64,000 nucleotides of DNA, from assembly GCA_965645245.1 (NCBI GenBank), contig OZ287068.1, positions 372,001-436,000 of the forward strand. The letters run 5' to 3'. The notes beneath the pieces are model-generated. The model did not search any database. It worked only from the letters and a program-made list of their open reading frames with translations, and was not told where the DNA came from. This stretch comes from Massalongia carnosa (lineage: Eukaryota). This document shows positions 47,519-60,530 of this stretch, piece after piece (position 1 is the stretch's first letter; each line of letters opens with the position of its first letter). Made by a program: the position numbers and the translations under genes.

Positions 47519-48934
47519 ATGTCCTGCCGGCCTGCCAGAACCCATGATGCAGCATATCAGGAATATCACCACAACTCGCAAGGCAAACGGGTCAACACCG
47601 ACTCGGTGATTGTCGAGACCCTCCGGAAACAATACCCCAACCTATACCTAGCCATTGCCCCGTTGTACAATTGCGATCTCCTGGGCTACACGTCGTCGGG
47701 TCAGGCTCAAGCCGAGCCGTTCAAGGCCGAGGATGTGGCCTCGGAGACACTTAAATGGAGGTGCTACACCCCCCCTGCACGACGCATGGATGGATTGCCA
47801 GGCTTCCTGTATGACCAAATCAAATTCGGCAAATACATCTATACATGGAAGGATCAAGACTATATCCTGTACATTGTCAACGATGGCAAAGCCACGTATG
47901 AAATCGACATGAGCTACCTGCTTGGCTCCACTAAAGAATCCGCTGAAGCACTACTCCTTGCCGCTGGCGAATACAGCAGCAAGCTGCATGAACAAGTCTT
48001 TGTTTACGATGGTGGCTACTGGCAAAAATCGCACGCGATGTGGGAAAGCGTGCAGGACTCGCGCTGGGAGAACGTGATACTCGACCCGGATATGAAAAAA
48101 TCCCTCATCGCCGTCGTCGATACCTTCTTCAATTCGCGAGAAAAATATAGCAAGCTAAAGGTGCCGTGGAAGCGGGGAATTATTTACTACGGCCCCCCTG
48201 GCAACGGGAAAACCATCTCTATCAAAGCCATGATGCACATGCTATCCGAGCGTCCCGACCCAATCCCTACGCTGTACGTCCGCTCGCTCGCCTCGTACAT
48301 GGGCCCGCTGGGGGCCATCATGGAGATCTTCGCCAAAGCCCGGGAAACGGCCCCATGCTTCTTGGTATGGGAAGATCTTGATAGTATCATTACCGACTCC
48401 GTGCGCAGCTACTTTCTCAATGAGGTCGACGGACTCAAGAGCAACGATGGCATCCTCATGCTCGGCAGTACCAACCATCTCGATCGCTTGGACCCGGGAC
48501 TCGCCAAAAGGCCTAGCCGCTTCGATCGGAAATATTTCTTTCCGAACCCTAATCTCGAGGAGCGCGTGCGCTACTGCGAGTTCTGGCGCGCGAAGCTCGC
48601 GGGCAATGACAGCGTGGAGTTCCCTGAGAAGATCTGCCCCGCGGTTGCGGCCATCACGGCGGACTTTAGCTTTGCGTATATTCAAGAGGCCTTTGTGGCT
48701 GCCTTGCTAGCCATTGCTGGAGAGGAAGACGGCGATCACAAGGGGGAGGGCCACTATCACAAAGAGCACGATATCAATCGCGAAGGAACGGATCTAGGAA
48801 GCCAGGATATCTCGGAAGATGATATGATACTCATAAGACACGACACAGACGATGATCTCGAGCAATACGCTCTGTGGCGCCAGCTCAAAGTGCAAATCCG
48901 GATCCTGCGGGATGAAATAAGCAATGCGGACTAG
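47519..48934 (+). CDS. Single-ring AAA+ ATPase (BCS1/YjoB-like fungal family)
   Basis: KRGIIYYGPPGNGKT (Walker A), LVWEDLD (Walker B), FLNEVDG, STNHLDRLDPGLAKRPSRFDRK (SRH with Arg finger); no protease domain; likely start ATG 47519. Confidence 0.9.
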   Translation: MSCRPARTHDAAYQEYHHNSQGKRVNTDSVIVETLRKQYPNLYLAIAPLYNCDLLGYTSSGQAQAEPFKAEDVASETLKWRCYTPPARRMDGLPGFLYDQIKFGKYIYTWKDQDYILYIVNDGKATYEIDMSYLLGSTKESAEALLLAAGEYSSKLHEQVFVYDGGYWQKSHAMWESVQDSRWENVILDPDMKKSLIAVVDTFFNSREKYSKLKVPWKRGIIYYGPPGNGKTISIKAMMHMLSERPDPIPTLYVRSLASYMGPLGAIMEIFAKARETAPCFLVWEDLDSIITDSVRSYFLNEVDGLKSNDGILMLGSTNHLDRLDPGLAKRPSRFDRKYFFPNPNLEERVRYCEFWRAKLAGNDSVEFPEKICPAVAAITADFSFAYIQEAFVAALLAIAGEEDGDHKGEGHYHKEHDINREGTDLGSQDISEDDMILIRHDTDDDLEQYALWRQLKVQIRILRDEISNAD

Positions 48935-49598
48935 AACGTGGAGGTCTTAGAAATGGTGCAGGAAAGATAAGGGGAGATGTACCTATTCGGAAAAGGGGAC
49001 CGGCGATAAAAGGTTCGAACAAACGGATAGGGCCAGATTTGGGGGGATTCCTACTCAGAAGAGCAACCGGGAAAAAGGGGTGGGGGGGGCGACTTGGACA
49101 GATTACGGGGGGGCCATCTTCGAGGAAAAGCCTAACTGTTTACGACTGTTATGTATAGTTAGTCAGGTGACGAGAAGCGAAACCTAAAAAGTTTAAGCAC
49201 CGAGCAAATACAATAAAAAACACCTGCTGCTGTAAAGAACTTCTCCCGCAGGAGCATCGTCCTGATAACAAGAAGGAAGTGATCGATTTAGAGATTATGA
49301 TCAAGTACCGGGGAAGGTAGGTTCATGTAATCCCCATTCGTCCAGTAGCTCCTCGCTTCGTGTTGTCCCCATATCCATATCCCATATCCACATCCACATC
49401 CATCCCTCCCATCCTCACTCCCGAAAAACGACAACCGACGCACGCACGCAGGCGCACGCCCATATTTTTCCCTTCCTGATTATAGAAAGAAAAGAAAGAA
49501 AAAGCCTATCCACACCCCCCCCCCCCCACCCCTCAACAACAGCGCCAACTGCACACCTAGTTAGCCTCCCCACACAACACATCCCACGCCACAAATCT

Positions 49599-50657
49599 TC
49601 ACGAGCGCGAGGATTCTCGTCCCATTGACGACTCGAACGGGGACTCCGACCCCTTCCGACCCCCGCGTCGCGTGCCGAAGCGCCGGAGGAGGCTGGTGAA
49701 GGTGGTGTGGATGGACTGCGGGGGTTAGCGGATGGGTTAGGGGGGGGTCCTTGGTCGTGAGGGGATTGAGGGGGGAAGAGGAAGATAGGAGAAAGAAACA
49801 CTTACCCTCCGCTCAATGCTCAATCGTCTGAGCGCGCTGGAAGGTTCGCCTTCGCAAAAGCTTGATTGCCTGCTCCGCGTGGAACTGATGCGCCGTATCT
49901 TGACACTTAGCGAGGAGCATCGGGTCTAGACGATATACAGCAACTGTTAGCTACCCTACGGTATCTGTTGAGAAGGAAAGACGGAAGAAAGCAGACAAAG
50001 GCATTTGAGTTAAGGTCGTTCTTGTTCCTATCCCCGCCATAAGGCGTATTGTGACTCTCCCAAGACATACAGACGAACGAACTCACCTCCTGGCTCCTCC
50101 ACTCCGCTCTCCTATCATCCTCGCAATCATCCGCCTCCTCGCCGCTGTCTCCATCCTCAACAGTCGTGGACGAGGAACTGGTCCTCGTCCTCCACATTCC
50201 GTTCGCCCGTTTCGCCCGGCGCTTCGCTTCCTTCTTTAGAGCCTTCTTGTATGCGTGCCGCAGTTCTTCCAGCTCGTGGACCTATCCCGTCGCAATGGAT
50301 ACACCAACACTCAGCAATGATCCTCGCTTGCTCCCTTTCCGCAGTTGTGCTACCCGGATTGCCTGTTTGTGATGCAGTAAAGGGGAGAACGGCGGGGTAT
50401 CGGTAGTTAAAAGTATGGGGGACAGGGTGAGTTGAATTAACCTATCCCCAGGACGAGGGACGCACCTCGTCAATCCACAACTCCTGCTCCTCGGACCAAC
50501 TCGCCTGCGCGGCCGACAATTGCGCCTGAACATGAGCGAACCGAGCTTCGTGCGCGGGCGTCCATGTTAATTGAGCCGCATGATGGCCGTCCGATGAAGG
50601 GACAGGAACGTCATTGGGGTGTGGCTGATCGAGGATGGAAATTGAGGAGGGAGCCAT
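49599..50657 (-). CDS. Small hypothetical protein, 4 exons
   Basis: MAPSS...WSEEQELWIDE|VHELEELRHAYKKALKKE...WRSQE|TRCSS...IERR|SIHTT...SSRS*; phase-compatible GT-AG introns with ctaac/ctgac branch points. Confidence 0.6.
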
Positions 50658-51313
50658 GTTCTAGACATGTGCTCAATTGGTTGGGGTTAACGAGACTTGC
50701 AACAAGCTCTGAACGAGTCTGTTGATAAAACGACTGCGGACCAGGAGAAGCCTGGGTGGAGGAGATAGTCACGGTTCGACGAAGTGATATATTGATGAAG
50801 TGGGAAGGTGGCAATGTGACGGTATTATATTATACCAGGATGTATGTATGTTATTTGTTGTTAGTTGATGACAAAAGAAAAGTAGTTACCCGGAACGGGA
50901 TTGGTGACTTTGGCATGGAGGAATGTGACATTGAGTGAATGTGTATGACATCGATGAGGAAACAAGTAATCAAGGCAAGATATCAAGTACGTCTTTCTGA
51001 TAGAATCTGAGCTGTACGAAACATGAAAATTTGAGGCAATTCAAGAGTCAATCTAGGATCAACAGCAATACTGCAATTGGCATATGTAGACAAACAAAAC
51101 GTAATATTACTACTTAACCATACCCAGTGAACCACCCATTCTCCGCCATAACTTCCATATTGTACGTCTCCGAAGAGATCTATTCCCAACTCCCTTTCCT
51201 GTAACCTTACCACCGCTTTCCAACAGGGTATTATATTTCATGACTAGGACCATACCTGAATATATATCCCACGAACTCCTAACATAGGCACCGATGTGGC
51301 GTTACATCACCGC

Positions 51314-52314
51314 CTAAGAACTATACGATCGAAGTCTTTCCGCCTGTATCTGTGGTTTTGAGACTGATATCTTCCGATTCGCTTCTGCCGCGTCGGTAAG
51401 GATTGTAGTCCAGCAACCGAGCACAATCCTGTGCATCCAACTGCTGACATCGATGGCGATTGAGTTCTGCCGATCAGGCTTGAATGGCAGCAAGTCAACA
51501 GATCTGTTCAAGACCTCACGTGACAGAATCGGTGAACGGGATTTGGAGCTTCGGTAGCTAGTATTGTTTGGTAGACGAGTTCCTAGCTCATAACATTGCC
51601 GTACAAGTTGCTGTATCCCTTTTTCCAGATTGGATGCTCGAGCTTCGACGTCTTTCCAGAATCCAGGGCCCCAGAAAGGGTCTTCATCCAATGCCTTTCG
51701 TAATGAAGCTAGCCAAAAATCCAAAATGGGGCTTGGATCCCCTTGATGTTGCCTTAGGGACTGGGATAGACGACAGGCTATAAGGACCATCCTGATGGTA
51801 GGTTCGGCTTGGAGGACGTAGCTCACAACGCACGCTGCTAATTAATTAGCAATGATAGCAAGATTACATGTGCTTAAACGCACCTGGGCATCCACGACCT
51901 GAGCACCAATCCTCTTCCTCAACAATGAAGCATTGCAGCCATGAAAACGCCCCGCGTGCTTCCCCTCGAAAAACTAGCTCGAGGTCGAAGATGTTCCGAT
52001 TGCCTAGCATGAATCTTGCCAGTTGTGACGCATGACTATAAATTTCAATGACCGGTAAAATCAATGCGTAAGTGATGTCTCGTTGTAAGAGCCAGCCTTC
52101 CTCATTTTTTTCGGTTGAAGGTAAATGATGCGAACAGAATCTGCGCTGAGTCAATCTACACTCGGAACAAAGAAGAGATAACGCATCACCTACTTGGAGC
52201 CCTTCTGTCGTATCAGTAAGTCCCGAATAATCTGAAAAGCTTCACACGTGTCCAGCCTCTGAGCGTCATCGTAGCCCACAGTGAAAGGCGATGTCCTCGA
52301 CGTCTCCTCGACAT
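51314..52314 (-). CDS. Conserved-looking fungal hypothetical protein, 3 exons
   Basis: MSRRR...KGSK|FCSHHLP...FSWLQCFIVEEEDWCSGRGCP|ACVVSYVL...LDEDPFWG; splice sites restore a continuous frame. Confidence 0.7.
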
Positions 52315-54961
52315 GCGACTGAGGAAAAGTGAATGAACGTTCAAAAGCCATGATAGAATATTATGAGAAGTATTTGGGGACGTTTGGCCGTATATACCTC
52401 AAGCTTTTCGGAAATGACGCTATGATAACGAACCTTCTCGATTCGGAGTGAATACATGCACAGTAGTCTTTCTCGCAGCAGCCAACCCGGAATTTAAAAC
52501 AGCTTACAGGTTTAGCATAGATCTCAGCCATTGAGCTAACATTGGAAAACGTTGCAAGAGGTGGCTTTTCCATCAATGCGTCGAGGTGAGTCTGAAGACC
52601 TACATTCTCGTAAACGATCGGTTGAGGTACATCACATTGTAGAGTTACGAGCTCTCAAGCGGTTTTGGCGGCGCTTGCAAGGGTGTGCCGATCAATGACG
52701 AAAACCGAATCAGGAAACATATCTGCCGTATCTGTTCTTCATCATAAAGTATACTCAATCGAGGAAAAGACTGGTAGAGGTCGTGCATATCCTGATGATT
52801 GCTGCTTCTCGTTAGAGCCACGCGTCTCGTCTCGTCGACTGATAATGGACATTGCGCTAAATACAGCTGAACTATGGCGAAGCCACTCCATAATCCACAC
52901 GAAAACCTTCAAACCTCTCGATTCCGCAAACTTTGATTACGAGTTACGAATGTCAAACTCAAGAGTATCTGAATACTTACTGGGATTTACGCTCTCTTGG
53001 TGCTAGGAATTGGGAATCCACAAGAGGCAGTAGATCAAACTTGGCACAACAGCAACCAGATCGACCACTGCGGCGTCCACCTGCGAACTCTCCCAAAGGG
53101 ACCAAAGGGAAAGACCTACCTTGATCATTTTGGTTCATTTGGGTTGATTTCTGATACTCTTGGCTCCTCCCAGTCCAGACTTAGCCAAGCCCACTCGCCT
53201 GAAAGAGTCATGTTTTTCGGAATCCACACGGAAGAAGTCAACGATTCGACTGCTCAAAGTCAAATCATTTTCCTCTGTTACCTAAGTAATCCCTAGTTCG
53301 AACTCTTTTAAAACATTTGCTTGATCTGCTGGAGGATCTGACCTTGAATGCCATATCCTTCTGATTATGGTTGAGCTGAAAGAGAACCGTTATATGGGCT
53401 TTTGGCAGTCGTCGAGGATGGCATGAACGCTCTTTGCGCCTTCCAAGTCTGAATCCAGTACCGGCATTTCGCTACCATTTTGATTTCCAGTTGTGGAGGG
53501 AGCTATGAACAGCATTGGGCCTATATGTATCACGGAAACTCTTTGTTGCGGGACGAATCGACGATCTGCTCACTTTATTGGCGGGCTGACGACACCCTAT
53601 TCAACTAGCTAAAGTGAACATTGGTTTTAGTGAGAGGAGATATCGAGCTGGACCTTTGATGCTTATATTGTTCGCTGAAATTAAAATGACCACGTCATCG
53701 TAATGGGCAATTCCTAGCTTTCCAACGGCAATCTAAGGACCGATTTCGCCAGGATTCGCTTCGAGGCTTACAGAGATGTGAAAGAACTCAGACAGTATGT
53801 ACAGGCTCAGAGAACGTGGTCAATGGACATTGATGACACGTGAGTTTAAAGAATCTGCAGCATGAGACAGCCATTCAGCACAGCTTACGTCTGATGACTA
53901 AAGGACAAAATCAACTACAACAAAAAACAAACATATGACGTTGCGAGCATTTGTATCTTACCTCCCAAGCTGTCATACAGTCTCTGGGCGGGTTCAGAGT
54001 TGGCAATGATAACTAGAAGAAAATTGGTAATTGGCAAGACACAATACTATGCTGAAGACGAGAACTCAGCACATTTTCGTCCCCTCGATTCCGCACTCAC
54101 CTTTCTGGGACCGTCTAGCCCAATACAACGTTGAACGGCCCTAAGCCGCAGATGAACCTTCTTGATAAGAGTATTGCTTAAGGAGAAATGATATCTTAAA
54201 GCAAAATACCAGTTAATGTTTTCGAGTCTCGTCCTCCTCTTATCCAGATCGACTAATGACCATCTAACGCTTATATTAGAAATGCCTCTCACAACGCTGG
54301 CCTAATGGAGTATCATTGTAAGCTTAGAACAGCCAAGCCATTCCGTCTATCGATGGCTCATTTATTTACTGGTTATGTATTCAACCAATGACTAAAGCCA
54401 CTTTTTTACTTGTTGTCAAATAATAAGTTCATATGATATTGCTTTACTAGCTGCTCTGTAAATATATATATTCGAGGATCTGGAATTGGGATTTTTTCCC
54501 GTCTCTAGCATACTGTTATGCTCCCAAGTATCGGTCTTGTTCTAAGGATTCCGAGCTTTTATTTTTCGTAGCAGGTTGGTTTCATTAAGGGTATTTTCAC
54601 GCAATAGCTTTCTTATCAACATGACGATTTTGCGCCGGTAGTCGAACGTCGTCATCTTGACAAGCGTCTGGTAGAGCCTGCCTTGGTCTGCTAAATAACG
54701 TGTTAGATACTATCCATGTTGGAAGTCCTGGGTTAACACGTGTTCTACGCGATCTTAGCAGAAACCTCACATGTCAACTTCAGTCCAGAAGAAATCAGCT
54801 GTTGATCCCCTATCCCAGCAACGTAGCATGTGAAATGCTTCATTACGTATATAATGGCACATCATCTCGAAAAACGTCTAGGTCGCCTTAATATTGCACA
54901 CGTTTATATCTGTTGATATACAATAACCTCTATATTAAACCTCTATACATCATACATCCCA

Positions 54962-55672
54962 ATGCATCCTTTCCGTCTCTTCATTTTCAGTTTGCTGTTC
55001 ATTGCGGCTTTCAATGCCGTTCTCATCCTAAACTATTGTATTATTCGTTTCATTGAAAGACGTCGAAGCACCTTCAGCTATCTACACAGGACCTGGCAAT
55101 ACAAGCGCTACCATAAGAACATATGCGTCTGCCTGGCCTTTTTCTGCTTGGTAGAGATCATTCTTCTGGGCAGTTCCTGGCACATACTACACAGGAAGAT
55201 CATGGCGATGTGCGACACCGGCACAAGCATAAACGACTGCACGCAGGTAGCCAACCTCTGGCACACGGCTACATGGATACTCTACGGCGTTGCGGCCCTC
55301 GTCCTTATCATTCTAATATCATGCCTAGTGCGAAGTTCTCAACAAGACGCCAGGCGCTCCAGCATTCATTCCTACCAACCCTTAAACCTGGCACTCGGGC
55401 ACGCTCTCCTCCAGATCTGTGGCGTGCTGATGCTTATTGTCACGAGTTCTGACGTGGTGTTTGCCAACGCTAAGGCTGGCAAGGCGCGAGATGCCTGTGT
55501 TGCCATGGCTATCACGGGGATATCAACGTTTGAGAGCGGAGTTGCGCTGTGGATCTTTGGCACGGTGGGTCTCTGGAAGGACGTTTCTTTGCAGAGATGG
55601 CAGAGAAATGCGTCGGAGGATGAGTTTCTTCAGGACGAGATTTTGTTGGACGAAGACGACGACGGGTTTTGA
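54962..55672 (+). CDS. Hypothetical multi-pass membrane protein
   Basis: 236-aa ORF with 4-5 hydrophobic segments and an acidic C-terminus. Confidence 0.6.
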   Translation: MHPFRLFIFSLLFIAAFNAVLILNYCIIRFIERRRSTFSYLHRTWQYKRYHKNICVCLAFFCLVEIILLGSSWHILHRKIMAMCDTGTSINDCTQVANLWHTATWILYGVAALVLIILISCLVRSSQQDARRSSIHSYQPLNLALGHALLQICGVLMLIVTSSDVVFANAKAGKARDACVAMAITGISTFESGVALWIFGTVGLWKDVSLQRWQRNASEDEFLQDEILLDEDDDGF

Positions 55673-56979
55673 GCGTTGGTTGAAGAGATGAAGCTGGCTG
55701 AACCTTTTCATTTAAATGAATGATGGCGCGAATTAGGTGCCCGCATTGTTTTTTTTTTCTTCTTCTCTCTCTTGGTCTATGGTGTTTCTCTGTTTTCGGG
55801 CCATTAATTGGGTATTATGAAGGAAGCGAGGGAGAAGATCTATTGAAAGTATTGAGGGTAGATGGACAAGATGAAATAAGATTAGGATGGGAAAGAACCA
55901 ATTACCCAACTTGCAAATACCTACACGAGAAGAAACGAACCAACAACAGAAGGAGTGACTCCAAGGTATTAAAAATAAAAATAAAAAACTCTCCATCCTA
56001 CCAGCAAATCTCATCGTCCTCCCAAAGTCCCCCTTATGCCAAACCCCTTATATATCCCCCTCCCTCTCCGTCCCTCTACCTCCATTCTCCCCTCCCCCTT
56101 TCCCTTACCACCTAAATCCACCCCCCCCCCCCCAAAACATATTAAATAGGCTAGGTGGAGAGTGACAGACTCGGGATCAGAATCGGAAAAATGCGAATGA
56201 GTCTTTTTTTATTTTATTTTATTTTAAAGAAAGAAAGGGGGTGACCGGCTCCTTGATTACCTACTGTATAAACGCCTTGAATCTAGGCTAGGGGGAACTC
56301 TATCGTTATCAACGTTGATGAACAAGGGCATGTGTGCATACATACGTACATAGATACATACATATCTATCAATCCTTAATGTAGCTATTTTTACAGTATC
56401 TGCGAACGAGCGGGGGAATGAAAGAGAGCGTAGTCATGTATCTATCCTTAGTTACTTTATCTAGTTATCGTAGTTTAGGGTTTACTCAGGTCAATCGAAT
56501 CGAATCGACCCCCAAACCAACCCCCCAACCCCCACCCCCACACCGTCGTCAATTTAGTCTAATCTAACCCATGACAACGACCATGGTGATAAAATTAACG
56601 TGTGGCAAAGGCCACTCGCGCTGATAGGACAGATTCCGATCGTGATGTGATGGTAACAAGGGAACGGATAGTTTGTATATAAAAGTCAATATGTATAATT
56701 AACATCTACATTGCTGAAATTGCCCATTCACTGTTAGAACACCTTTCGGAACGAAAGGAAGAAACCCATTTGGAAAAGGATATGGGATCACCGTAACCGC
56801 TTGTACAGTGCAAACCCGTTAGAAAAAGATAAAGGGATGAAAAAGAAAATACGCCGTGAAGATCGAAAGTGATAATCCCCCATCTGGGTTCGACAGGAAA
56901 GAAGAAATACCACTTCAGCAATACATAGCCAAGAACAACCCTTTTCGTACCAAAACTTAAGGCTCAAAGGGAGAGAAAT

Positions 56980-59181
56980 TCAGCCTGATAAACCAAACCC
57001 TGAACTCCCAACGCTACTCGTCGACTCCCCAACGCTAACAAGGGACTCGCCCGGGCTCGTCAAAAAGGTTGGCCCCAACTCCATATCCTTACGCAAAGGC
57101 CAGTTACTATCTCCGGCCTCAATGAAATCTAGTCTTCGTGGATCCGTACCCAAAGCATGGTTCACCACAGAATCATCGAGTTTTTGAATCTGAATCGAGT
57201 CCGTGCCGAAATAATCTGAGGCGCATTGCTGCGGCGTCCTGGGAAGGTCAAGCTCGTCAGGGTTCTCAAACGCCAAGCCACTGATGACAGTGGAGACGAT
57301 ACTCATGCCTCGCGGGGAGTTGATCGTCTCGCCCGAAGCCCGGATCAGGGTGGAATCGCCCTCCTCGGAAAGTCGCGGTAGCATCGACTCTATTTCATCA
57401 ATGGGGCTGGTCATCAGCTGAATTTCGGCCACCTCGGTGGATCTCAACGGCTGCGACGAATCTACCTGTTCGGCCGGGACGCCCATGCGCGTCAGCTTCG
57501 AGCCCCGACTTAACCACCCCTTGATCCCCGTTTCTTGTGATGATGCAGGCTTTTGGGGGGATGGCCCCATATCCACCCACCCATGTGCTTCTTCCACTTC
57601 CTCCTCTTCCTCTCCGCAGCAATTTCTTCTTCCATAGCCTAAGCCTTTGTCAACCCATCCCCTAATAGCTCTCTCCATATCCCTCGAGTCGATCCGCTCA
57701 TTAGGATCCCTCTTCACCCCCCCTCGGCAAACATCTACAATCCCCCCAACAGATTCCCAGATTCCTTGCTCCCCACGCTTCATATCTTTATGATGCCTAT
57801 TACCCGCTTCCCGACATAACAGGTCCATCCATTTCCACACTTGCGCCAGGTTGACATGAAAGCTTGCATCAGCGGGCGCCCCTCCTCGTCCAGCGTGACG
57901 ATTATGACGGCTGCGATGGGCGGCGAAGGATTTGGGAGAGTGTGAAAGGATGAGGGAGAGAAGGTGCAGGAGGATGGTTGTGAGCGAGAAAATATCGGCG
58001 GGCCCCGATGGAGGTAGTTCGAGACGAGGAGGTGCAAACGTTGTTATGAGAGCTTTTTGGGGCCGTGAATGTGTCGATGAGTTACACGACGATGTGGCGT
58101 CGGATCGTCGCCGTATATCGCCTGGAGACGGGTATGGGTTGAGCGGGCTGCCGGGCTCCGAGGGGAGACGACGAGTAGTACGGCCGCCGCCGGGCAGCGT
58201 GGTGCGCAAAGGCGCGCTTTCATGGAGGGACGGTACGCGAAGCCAGTTCTCGGGAGCGGCGTGGTCGTAGATTTCGCAATCATACGGCGACGGGTTACCT
58301 TCAATGTCGAGGGCCTTGAGAGCGCCAAAATCGTTGAGATAGACGTAGAATTTGTGATCGATGGTAATGGTTGAAGGACGAATGGCTTGATGAGTGAATC
58401 CTTTCTCGTGGAGGTATGCTAAAGCTGAAGTAAGGCAGTGGGTCCATCGTAAAAGAATTTCGCGACGTTGTTGCTTCGGAAGGCTCTTGAACGCCTTGGG
58501 TTGTTCGTCGAGGAACGACTTCAACGTCAGATCCAGCGCCGGTGTTAAAAGTACGTAGCTGAAAGAACTCTTCGTATACGTAGCCCAAATCGAAACCAAA
58601 TGAGGATGATTGATGGCTTGTAAAGCTTTCATGTGCATGACAAATGCATTTCTATCGATCCCATTCTCTCCCGACGTAGATATCTTTTTGCGCGCGTATA
58701 CCCGGTCTTTAATGCAGACGGGGTTGCAGGTCTGAGAGGACGATCCAGCCGATACACGCCGAGCGATTGGCTCCAACGGTAGAACATCATCGTCGCCATA
58801 ATCGACATGACCGCCGGGCTGGAATTCCTGCACCAGGAAGTTGAATTGTTGACGATAGAACTTCTTGTCTAAGGTCTCGGACTTCCCGCCGAACAGGTTC
58901 AGTTCATATAAGACTTCCTCTGATAACGGTAGATCATCATCATCGAAAGTCTTATCGATGATTTCGAAAATCCATTCGGGGCATCCAATGTGATTTAAAA
59001 TCAAAAATATGCGTCGCCCTTTTTGCAGAATCCAATCCAGATAAGTGTCATCGGTCAATCCATCCCCAAAAGCCAATGGACGGTGCAGCGCAGCCTGATG
59101 GGATTCCGTCTGCAATTCTCTTGTGATGTATTCAGCGTCGAATGTGGCATCGATCTTTTCGTCAGACCACCAAGCCGGCAT
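56980..59181 (-). CDS. Protein kinase-like protein, probably a pseudokinase
   Basis: Kinase fold elements YARKKI, HPHLV, LTSALAYLH, HQAIRPS (HRD site), LNDFG, AAPE and ADIFSL; N-terminal LAFGDGLTDDTYLDWIL motif; start ATG 59181. Confidence 0.85.
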   Translation of the reverse strand: MPAWWSDEKIDATFDAEYITRELQTESHQAALHRPLAFGDGLTDDTYLDWILQKGRRIFLILNHIGCPEWIFEIIDKTFDDDDLPLSEEVLYELNLFGGKSETLDKKFYRQQFNFLVQEFQPGGHVDYGDDDVLPLEPIARRVSAGSSSQTCNPVCIKDRVYARKKISTSGENGIDRNAFVMHMKALQAINHPHLVSIWATYTKSSFSYVLLTPALDLTLKSFLDEQPKAFKSLPKQQRREILLRWTHCLTSALAYLHEKGFTHQAIRPSTITIDHKFYVYLNDFGALKALDIEGNPSPYDCEIYDHAAPENWLRVPSLHESAPLRTTLPGGGRTTRRLPSEPGSPLNPYPSPGDIRRRSDATSSCNSSTHSRPQKALITTFAPPRLELPPSGPADIFSLTTILLHLLSLILSHSPKSFAAHRSRHNRHAGRGGAPADASFHVNLAQVWKWMDLLCREAGNRHHKDMKRGEQGIWESVGGIVDVCRGGVKRDPNERIDSRDMERAIRGWVDKGLGYGRRNCCGEEEEEVEEAHGWVDMGPSPQKPASSQETGIKGWLSRGSKLTRMGVPAEQVDSSQPLRSTEVAEIQLMTSPIDEIESMLPRLSEEGDSTLIRASGETINSPRGMSIVSTVISGLAFENPDELDLPRTPQQCASDYFGTDSIQIQKLDDSVVNHALGTDPRRLDFIEAGDSNWPLRKDMELGPTFLTSPGESLVSVGESTSSVGSSGFGLSG

Positions 59182-60222
59182 TTTCAATCACCAAACAAAC
59201 ATTCCTTGCACGATAGCTGGGAGAAGTAGAGAAGCCGGTGGCCGATAGTTCAGATAAGTAAATGGGTGCATGTAGGTGTATGTATTGTGGAGATTGATGG
59301 AGAACCCTCAGGCGCAAATGGTGAGAAGTCGATACGCTTAAAGAATGCTTGATCGAGTGATAGGCAACTCCCTTACCAGATAACGTGCATGACACATCAG
59401 TTTCATTCGCTTCACACAAATGTTTGGTGTGCCATGTGCGCAGCAAGTGACGGCGGTGGCGAAGTAAGGCGGCATGTTAGTGATAACCAACAGCAAGAGG
59501 ATCCCGCCCGGAGGTGCGCGCCATGCAGGGCTTAGACTGTTATTATCGGGCTGGAAAAAGGATTTTTTGGAAGGGAGGTATCGAGGTATTGAACTTTGGA
59601 AAGTCTTGTCGAATTTAATCCGTATTCTGTAATCGCACTGATGCTATAAAACCTGAAAGCTGAATGCGCTTTGCATTAGTCATCGCCCCATAGTTTGGGG
59701 AAATCAGGGTTGGGAATCTTACCTCATCGTCCCCGGAAAACATTGAGGCACAAAATCTCTGATCATTGGTCTCCGAAGACGGGCTTATCCAAGAACGGAC
59801 TCGTTTTAGCAGCATCCCGTTACCAAAATAGGATTGTCCTGTAGGCTTAAGTCTTACATTGCAGCAGTGGACTTGCATCGCAGGATAGGGATAAAGCAAT
59901 CGAGGCATTAGGATGAGATGCAACGAGTATCCACATGAGGGACAGCGATCCGACACAGATTTTCGACTGTCCGAGCTCGTGGAATCTAAACGACAAGCTA
60001 CCAAAGTAACAGTAGCCGCAGCTACTGTCTATACACCGGTGTTGATTGGGCGCACAGAGTACAGAGCAGATCATAGGCGTTGGTGAGGATGAGGATCCCT
60101 CTTGCAACCCTGGGTTTCTTGAGGGATGGAATCGCTAATGGTCGTAGGCGGGGAGACTAGGGGGGAGTTATTTGACATCGTCTCGTTGCGAGGAGCTAAA
60201 AGAGGGGAAGAGGGAGAAGGCG

Positions 60223-60296
60223 CTGGGCGTTCTGGCGTTCTGGCGTTCTAGCGTTCTAGCGTTCTAGCGTTCTGGGCGTTCTGGCGTTCTGGCGTT
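60223..60296 (+). repeat. 8-bp microsatellite (GCGTTCTG/A)n
   Basis: ggcgttct / agcgttct units, about 9 copies. Confidence 0.9.
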
Positions 60297-60454
60297 GCAC
60301 GGAGTACGTCGCACTCCTGTTGCCTAATGTGTGATTTAATCCGAACTAATAAGCTTACCTTGATCAAGCTTTTCTGGATGATTCCTGATTCCCAGTTCCC
60401 TGTATTCTGTATGAAGTATTGGCACTTGAGGTGCTGATGCTAGTTGATGCTTCC

Positions 60455-60530
60455 TTGATGCTTGATGCTTGATGCTTGATGCTTGATGTTTGATGCTCGA
60501 TGCTCGATGCTCGATGCTTGATGCTTGATG
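60455..60530 (+). repeat. 7-bp microsatellite (TTGATGC/TCGATGC)n
   Basis: About 10 tandem copies. Confidence 0.9.

Noticed and set aside
52361..54891. Short ORFs in the long intergenic region
   Set aside because: No motifs, consistent splice structure or coding-like composition.
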